Positions 58,327 to 64,000 of a DNA stretch of 64,000 nt are shown here, one piece after another. Below the pieces are notes generated by a model. It searched no databases. It saw only the letters and a program-made list of their open reading frames with translations, and was not told the DNA's origin. The DNA is from a virus. The translations under genes and the position numbers were made by a program. How positions within the stretch are numbered: the stretch's first letter is position 1; each line of letters opens with the position of its first letter. Location of the stretch: IMG/VR virus record IMGVR_UViG_3300044858_003284; one strand, written 5' to 3'.

Positions 58327-58703
58327 ACACAATAAAAATAGTTCGACTAAAGAATGGTGAAGATATTATCGGTGATGTAACTGCTAATGGCATTCAATAT
58401 TATGACATTGAAGAACCAATGGCATTTGAAGTTGATTACCGTGGTGATCATTCTGGATTGGTAATGCGTCATTGGCTGCCAGTTCAACTACTCAAAAAGA
58501 ATCATATTCAATTAAACGTGCACGATGTCCTCTGTGTTTTAGAACCAGACGAAGAATTCTCTGAGTATTATGTCAATACTGTGGAAAAAATTAAACGTTT
58601 GTTAGAAGCAAAGAATTCAATAAAAGATATGTCTGACGAAGAAATTAATCAGATAGTTGATGAATATAATATGATAAACCAAGGTAATGATACATTACAT
58701 TAA
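58323..58703 (+). CDS. Conserved hypothetical protein (Sm-like fold) found before gp55 in T4-like phages
   Basis: IVRLKNGEDII...P......W.P pattern; position between uvsW and gp55. Confidence 0.65.
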   Translation: MNTIKIVRLKNGEDIIGDVTANGIQYYDIEEPMAFEVDYRGDHSGLVMRHWLPVQLLKKNHIQLNVHDVLCVLEPDEEFSEYYVNTVEKIKRLLEAKNSIKDMSDEEINQIVDEYNMINQGNDTLH

Positions 58704-58778
58704 ACCTTTTCTTCAAACCAGGACATACTCGACTTTACACACTTGTCAAGCGAATGTCAATAACATTATGTGGTAAAC

Positions 58779-59315
58779 ATGGCGACTAAACAAAAACATT
58801 ATATAAACAATGCTGATTTCCTACAGGCACTAATTGATTACAAGAAGGCACAGAAAGATGCCAAGAAGAATAAACTGCCTCCTCCGCCAATTCCAAATTA
58901 CATAGGTGAGTGTTTTATGAAGATAGCAGAAGGTCTATCACACAAACCTAACTTCATTAACTATACCTATCGTGATGAAATGATGGCAGATGGTATTGAG
59001 AACTGCCTCATGTATTTCGATAACTTTGATCCTAGTAAATCTAAAAATCCTTTTGCTTACTTTACACAGATTATCTACTATGCTTTTCTACGAAGAATTG
59101 GTAAAGAAAAGAAACAATTATATGTAAAGTATAAAGCCACAGAACAAATGGGTATCTTGGATGAATTTGAAATGATGGAGTTTGAAGATGGCACTTCACG
59201 GCAATTTGAATTGTATGATAATATTGCCGAGTTTATTGAAAACTATGAAGAAGCCAAAGAAAATAAAAAAGCGGTAAAGAAGCCAAAGGGTATTGAAAAG
59301 TTTTTAGGAGAGTGA
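58779..59315 (+). CDS. gp55: Late sigma factor gp55
   Basis: HYINNADFL.AL, YIGECF.KIAEGLS..PNF.NYTY.DEM..DGIENCL.Y..NFDP.KS.NPFAYFTQI; ATG at 58779. Confidence 0.96.
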   Translation: MATKQKHYINNADFLQALIDYKKAQKDAKKNKLPPPPIPNYIGECFMKIAEGLSHKPNFINYTYRDEMMADGIENCLMYFDNFDPSKSKNPFAYFTQIIYYAFLRRIGKEKKQLYVKYKATEQMGILDEFEMMEFEDGTSRQFELYDNIAEFIENYEEAKENKKAVKKPKGIEKFLGE

Positions 59316-59321
59316 TATAAT
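59293..59321 (+). promoter_or_regulatory. Sigma70-type promoter at the end of gp55 (TTGAAA-17bp-TATAAT, TGn)
   Basis: -35 at 59293-59298, -10 at 59316-59321 with extended TG. Confidence 0.5.
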
Positions 59322-59478
59322 GTATAAAGTAACTTATATGTTGGAAGATTATGTTCTTTCAAAAGAGTTTGAAAAATTTGATTCTGCGGCTTTATTTTCT
59401 ATCAAACAGCCCGTAGATTCTATATTGGAAATTAAATATTATGATAACAATCAACAAAGAAAACCAGACCGTACCTAA
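59320..59478 (+). CDS. Small hypothetical protein (52 aa, MYKVTYMLED...) absent from the ORF track
   Basis: AGGAG SD 9 nt upstream; open frame to the TAA at 59476-59478. Confidence 0.55.
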   Translation: MYKVTYMLEDYVLSKEFEKFDSAALFSIKQPVDSILEIKYYDNNQQRKPDRT

Positions 59479-60220
59479 AGTTGTTGTTGTTTCTGGTGGG
59501 TTTGATCCATTACATTCAGGACACATCTCTTATCTAAATCAAGCCAAATCACTAGGTGATATACTTGTTGTTGGTATCAATAGTGACGAGTGGTTGATTC
59601 GTAAAAAAGGTCGAGCGTTTATGAATTGGCACGACCGATCAAGAATAGTCAAAGAACTCAAATCAGTTGATTTTGTTGTAAGCTTTGATGATTCAGATGA
59701 TAGTGCGATTAGATTAATTGATACAGTGAAAAAAACTTGGCCAAATAGTAATATTATATTTGCAAATGGTGGTGATCGAACGGCAGAAAACATACCAGAA
59801 ATGTCCGTTGAAGGTATTGAGTTTGCTTTTGGTGTTGGTGGAGAAACAAAATTAAATTCTTCTTCTACTTTACTTGAAGAATGGAAATCACCTAAGACAC
59901 AAAGATCGTGGGGTTTCTATCGTGTGTTATATGAAACACCAAATGTCAAAGTTAAAGAATTGGTAGTTGAACCAGGTCAATCGTTGACAATGCAACGACA
60001 TCAATATAGAAATGAACATTGGCACATTGTAGAAGGTGTGGCAACTGTAATTGAAGAAAGACCATCCTCGAATTCAAAAAACACATACTACAAACACAAT
60101 GCAGTAAACATACCAACTGGTGTGTGGCATCAATTACAAAATAATGAAACTCAGCCATTAAAGATTGTGGAAATTCAATATGGCACAAAATGTGAAGAAG
60201 ATGACATTGAAAGAAAATAA
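59441..60220 (+). CDS. Cytidylyltransferase-like (HxGH) domain fused to a mannose-6-P-isomerase-type cupin
   Basis: SGGFDPLHSGH...GINSDEWL.RKKG...FANGGDR; R.WG.Y, V.PG..L..Q.H..R.EHW..V.G, H.L.N, EIQ.G....EDDI.R. Confidence 0.88.
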   Translation: MITINKENQTVPKVVVVSGGFDPLHSGHISYLNQAKSLGDILVVGINSDEWLIRKKGRAFMNWHDRSRIVKELKSVDFVVSFDDSDDSAIRLIDTVKKTWPNSNIIFANGGDRTAENIPEMSVEGIEFAFGVGGETKLNSSSTLLEEWKSPKTQRSWGFYRVLYETPNVKVKELVVEPGQSLTMQRHQYRNEHWHIVEGVATVIEERPSSNSKNTYYKHNAVNIPTGVWHQLQNNETQPLKIVEIQYGTKCEEDDIERK

Positions 60221-60599
60221 GTATAAAATTATCAATATTAATTTAACATCAGTTGATAGTAGTGATCCTATATCCGATGTTCCTTGTGGAAGTTGTACCA
60301 AGTGTTGTGAAGTATTAACTCCATTTTTAACACCAGAAGAAGTATCATCTGGACGTTACCCTCTCAGCCTTATACAGCCAGATAAAAAAATGTTTTTGGA
60401 AAATCCAAATGTTGGACCATTGGTCGCAATGTTTAAGAAAACACCAACAGGAGGATGTGCGATGTTTATTGATGGTAAATGTTCAATCTATGAATATCGA
60501 CCAAAGTCTTGCAGGCAATTTGATTGTCGCAGACATCATCATCCAGTAACCAATGAAGTGGCTAAAGAAAAATTTGGTATAGAAAGTGTTAAACAATGA
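60201..60599 (+). CDS. YkgJ/CxxCxxCC-family Zn/Fe-chelating protein
   Basis: CGSCTKCC ... C.MF..GKCSIYE.RP..CR.FDC; probable ATG at 60201. Confidence 0.8.
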   Translation: MTLKENKYKIININLTSVDSSDPISDVPCGSCTKCCEVLTPFLTPEEVSSGRYPLSLIQPDKKMFLENPNVGPLVAMFKKTPTGGCAMFIDGKCSIYEYRPKSCRQFDCRRHHHPVTNEVAKEKFGIESVKQ

Positions 60600-61666
60600 A
60601 AGTAGCAGTTATAACTGATCAGCATTTTGGTGCTCGTAATGATTCAATACATTTTTTAGATTATTATGAACGATTCTATCGTGATACTTTTTTTCCAACT
60701 CTTGAAGAACACGGCATTAATACTGTCCTTATATTGGGTGATACTTTTGATCGTAGAAAATATGTAAACTTTTTTTCACTCAAACGTACCAGAGAAATGT
60801 TTTTTGACAAACTATATGCTAGAAACATTCAGGTACATATGTTGGCTGGCAATCATGATACATACTTTAAGAATACCAATGATGTAAATTCGGTAGACCT
60901 GTTATTACAAGAATACACAAACATTAAAGTTATTTCTAAACCAACCACAATCACAGTTGGTGAAACAGATATTTGCATGATGCCATGGATCTGTTCAGAA
61001 AATTACCAACAATCATTGGAAGAAATAAAAAATACGCCTGCCGAAATTTGCATGGGCCACTTTGAAATTCAAGGCTTTGCAATGCATCGTGGCATGCCAA
61101 GTCAAGAAGGATTAAGTCGTGAATTATTCAGAAAGTTTAGTCTTACTTTTAGCGGTCACTATCATCATCGGAGTTCAGCTGACAATATACATTATCTTGG
61201 AAACCCGTATGAACTTACTTGGCAAGATTATAATGACCCTAGAGGTTTTCATCTTTTTGATCTTATCAGCCGTGACCTTACTTTCATAAAAAATCCAAAT
61301 GTAATGTTTCACAAAATCATTTATGATGATAAAGAAGAAACAATTACCGACATCATCAATAAAGATTTAACAAAATATACCAACACATATGTAAAGGTTG
61401 TGGTAATCAACAAAACAAATCCACATCTGTTTGATAAGTTTTTGGCCAGATTATATGATGTAAACCCAATCGATATTACCATTGCTGAGGACTTTACTGA
61501 CTTGACAGAAGGCCTTGAAGATGATATGATTGATCAAGCAGAAGATACTCTAACTATTCTGAACAAGTATGTTGATACCATTCAAGAAGAAAGTATCGAC
61601 AATGACCGATTGAAAAACATTCTGCGTGAACTTTATGTGGAAGCCTTGAATACTGAACAAGCATGA
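60596..61666 (+). CDS. gp47: Recombination endonuclease gp47 (Mre11/SbcD-like)
   Basis: ITDQHFG, LGDTFD.RK, GNHD, GHFE, SGHYH. Confidence 0.95.
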   Translation: MKVAVITDQHFGARNDSIHFLDYYERFYRDTFFPTLEEHGINTVLILGDTFDRRKYVNFFSLKRTREMFFDKLYARNIQVHMLAGNHDTYFKNTNDVNSVDLLLQEYTNIKVISKPTTITVGETDICMMPWICSENYQQSLEEIKNTPAEICMGHFEIQGFAMHRGMPSQEGLSRELFRKFSLTFSGHYHHRSSADNIHYLGNPYELTWQDYNDPRGFHLFDLISRDLTFIKNPNVMFHKIIYDDKEETITDIINKDLTKYTNTYVKVVVINKTNPHLFDKFLARLYDVNPIDITIAEDFTDLTEGLEDDMIDQAEDTLTILNKYVDTIQEESIDNDRLKNILRELYVEALNTEQA

Positions 61667-63378
61667 TTTTATTTGAAAAAATAAGATATAAAAATATCTT
61701 ATCAACTGGTAATTCTTTTACAGAAATACAACTAAACAAATCACCCAACACACTTATCATTGGCCAAAATGGTGCTGGTAAATCGACCATTCTGGACGCC
61801 TTATGTTTTGGTTTATTTGGTAAACCATTTCGTAAAATCAATAAACCAAACCTGTTGAACTCAATCAATCAACAACAATGTGTGGTTGAGATTGAATTCA
61901 CGATTGGTAAAAAGATGTATAAGATTGTCCGTGGTATTAAACCTAATGTCTTTGAAATCTACTGTAATGGCCAGTTACTCAATCAAGATGCCGCTTCACG
62001 GGACTACCAAGAAATACTTGAGAAGCAAATTCTTAAATTAAATTTCAAATCATTTACACAGATTGTTATCCTTGGCTCTGCTTCTTTTGTGCCATTCATG
62101 CAACTTTCGGCATCTGATCGTAGGTTAATTATTGAAGATTTATTGGACATTCAAATCTTTTCTTCAATGAATTCGATTGTCAAAGAACGATTGGCAGTCA
62201 TTAAAGATAGTAGCCAAAAATTAAAGTATCAAATGGATTTGACTGCTGAGAAGATTAAGATGCAGAGAGAATCGATTGAAGAACATAAAAAACACAATGA
62301 TGACGAGATTCAAAAGAAACAAAAAGAAATAGAAGATTCTGAATCACAATGCCAAAAACTTGGTGGTGAAATTGTTCTTATTCAAAAACATATTGATGTG
62401 TTGAATAGTAAAGTTTCTGATCAAATGGCAATACAAAAGCGAAGCACCAAATTGGTACATTACGAATCTAAACTAGAATCTCGTTTAAAGAAAATTGAAA
62501 AAGATGTTTGTTTTTACCACGATCATAGTGACTGTCCAACTTGTAAACAAGATATTGATGAAGAATTTAGGCAAAAACAAATTTCTAATTTACAACAAAC
62601 TAAAGGTGAGGTTGATGCCGCCTTGGTTGATATAGAGAAACAGATTGAAGATACTAGTAATCGGATGTCTGAAATACAAAAAATACTTACACACATACAG
62701 GCACACAACAATGAAATTATCAAACACAATACTACCGTATCAACAATACATTCTTACATTGATAAACTCAGGAAAGAAATTGGTGATTTGGCAACCAAGA
62801 AAGATTCGTTAGAAGATGAAAATGCCAAACTCAAAGAACTAAAAACTGAGTTGGCTGAGTTTCTCAAACAACAAGAAGGGTATTCGGTCGAGAAACATTA
62901 TTTTGATTATTCTTCCGTATTACTAAAAGATACCGGTATTAAAACAAAGATTATCAAACAATACTTACCTATCATGAACAAGTTGATTAATAAGTATTTG
63001 ACTGCCATGGATTTCTTTGTGAACTTCAACATCAATGAAAACTTTGAAGAAACAATCAAATCAAGACATCGTGACGAATTCTCATATGCCAATTTCTCCG
63101 AAGGTGAGAAGATGCGTATTGACCTGGCATTATTATTTACATGGCGCCAGATTGCCAAATTGAAGAATAGTACCAACACCAATCTATTGATACTTGATGA
63201 GGTGTTCGATTCAAGTCTTGATACGGTTGGCACCGAAGAATTTCTAAAACTGATTCATGAAATGGGAACAGACACCAATGTATTCGTTATCTCACACAAA
63301 GGCGATCAGTTGTTTGATAAGTTTAGAAGTATAATTAGATTCGAAAAGAAAAACAATTTTAGTCAGGTGGTAATATGA
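61663..63378 (+). CDS. gp46: Recombination ATPase gp46 (Rad50/SbcC-like)
   Basis: GQNGAGKST, CPTC zinc hook, FSEGEK.RIDLA, LILDEVFD, ISH. Confidence 0.96.
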   Translation: MILFEKIRYKNILSTGNSFTEIQLNKSPNTLIIGQNGAGKSTILDALCFGLFGKPFRKINKPNLLNSINQQQCVVEIEFTIGKKMYKIVRGIKPNVFEIYCNGQLLNQDAASRDYQEILEKQILKLNFKSFTQIVILGSASFVPFMQLSASDRRLIIEDLLDIQIFSSMNSIVKERLAVIKDSSQKLKYQMDLTAEKIKMQRESIEEHKKHNDDEIQKKQKEIEDSESQCQKLGGEIVLIQKHIDVLNSKVSDQMAIQKRSTKLVHYESKLESRLKKIEKDVCFYHDHSDCPTCKQDIDEEFRQKQISNLQQTKGEVDAALVDIEKQIEDTSNRMSEIQKILTHIQAHNNEIIKHNTTVSTIHSYIDKLRKEIGDLATKKDSLEDENAKLKELKTELAEFLKQQEGYSVEKHYFDYSSVLLKDTGIKTKIIKQYLPIMNKLINKYLTAMDFFVNFNINENFEETIKSRHRDEFSYANFSEGEKMRIDLALLFTWRQIAKLKNSTNTNLLILDEVFDSSLDTVGTEEFLKLIHEMGTDTNVFVISHKGDQLFDKFRSIIRFEKKNNFSQVVI

Positions 63379-63920
63379 GTATATTAAGAGAACACACGAA
63401 TGCCAAACATCGTGAAGCTGAAGCAAAACCATTTGTTCAATATTTACTACATGGTAATATCACAAAAGAACATTATGCTTTGTATTTAAAACAGATGTCG
63501 GTTGTTTACGGTGCAATAGAATATTTTGCTGAAATGTCTTTTCTATTATTGGATCTAAAAGATATAAAAAGGACAAGTTACATTTATGATGATTTGTATG
63601 AATTGGGACATACAGTAATTGAACCAATATTACCTGCCACGGAAAAGTATCGACAACACATTGTCGATTTATATTACTCAGATAGGAAAAAAGATATATT
63701 TGCTCATGTCTATGTTAGGCATATGGGAGATTTATATGGAGGCAAAGCAATTTCTAAAAGAGTTCCAGGTTCAGGCAAAGCATATCAATTTGAAGATAGA
63801 CCAGGTTTGATTAAAGCGATTGATGCCAAATTAAGTTTTGATTTAGTTGATGAAGCATTAAAAGGATTCGATTTATCTATGGGAATATTTGATGAATTAC
63901 AGGAGAAAATAAATGAGTGA
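63375..63920 (+). CDS. Heme oxygenase (biliverdin-producing family)
   Basis: LRE.T...H..AE..F (proximal His); AHVYVRHMGDLYGG distal helix. Confidence 0.88.
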   Translation: MSILREHTNAKHREAEAKPFVQYLLHGNITKEHYALYLKQMSVVYGAIEYFAEMSFLLLDLKDIKRTSYIYDDLYELGHTVIEPILPATEKYRQHIVDLYYSDRKKDIFAHVYVRHMGDLYGGKAISKRVPGSGKAYQFEDRPGLIKAIDAKLSFDLVDEALKGFDLSMGIFDELQEKINE

Positions 63921-64000
63921 AATATTTAAATATGACACAGAAACAGCCGCCAAGGTTGAGGTAAAGAAACAACAATCAAAATATTTTAAATTGGTTCATG
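63913..64000 (+). CDS. Start of next gene (3' partial, function not assignable)
   Basis: AGGAG SD and ATG at 63913; frame open to the window end. Confidence 0.55.
   Translation, partial: MSEIFKYDTETAAKVEVKKQQSKYFKLVH

Noticed and set aside
44663-63378. Introns, inteins or homing endonucleases in core genes
   Set aside because: gp17, gp20, gp23, uvsW, gp46 and gp47 are uninterrupted and of ordinary length, and I saw no LAGLIDADG, HNH or GIY-YIG motifs.
39-63810. The many short minus-strand and alternate-frame ORFs in the track
   Set aside because: They overlap well-supported + strand genes and are shadows of low-complexity Gly/Thr/Ala coding, with no recognisable motifs.
1-64000. tRNA, rRNA or integrase genes; assignment as a cyanophage
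   Set aside because: The intergenic gaps are short and I saw no cloverleaf. The gene order is cyanophage-like, but no photosynthesis genes are present, so the host cannot be assigned.

Overview
This window is a segment of a large, AT-rich T4-like myovirus genome. Every credible gene is on the + strand and the standard genetic code fits. From about 37.6 kb onward it holds the conserved T4 core in cyanophage/pelagiphage-like order: gp13-14-15, gp16-17, gp18-19-20, prohead core genes, gp21-22-23, gp3, uvsY, uvsW, gp55, gp47-46, followed by a heme oxygenase. The first ~37.5 kb, plus an insertion between gp15 and gp16, is a very large modular fibre/adhesin region. It contains a Gly-X-Y-rich protein beside a 2OG-Fe(II) oxygenase, fibre-stalk genes built from shared modules, and ten paralogous RCC1/BLIP-II-type beta-propeller genes (eleven propellers) with a constant scaffold and variable loops. 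Embedded in this array is a seven-gene glycosylation/sulfation cassette with its own sigma70-type promoter. The most striking observations are: (i) the propeller repertoire; (ii) an Ig-like domain that is contiguous in one paralog but split across an identical in-frame TAA-GGA-TTA-AAA-ATG junction in two stalk/head gene pairs; (iii) recurrent terminal peptide motifs suggesting a plug-and-socket, branched fibre assembly; (iv) a possible virion glyco-sulfation pathway. All assignments come from recognising motifs by eye. No database searches were run.
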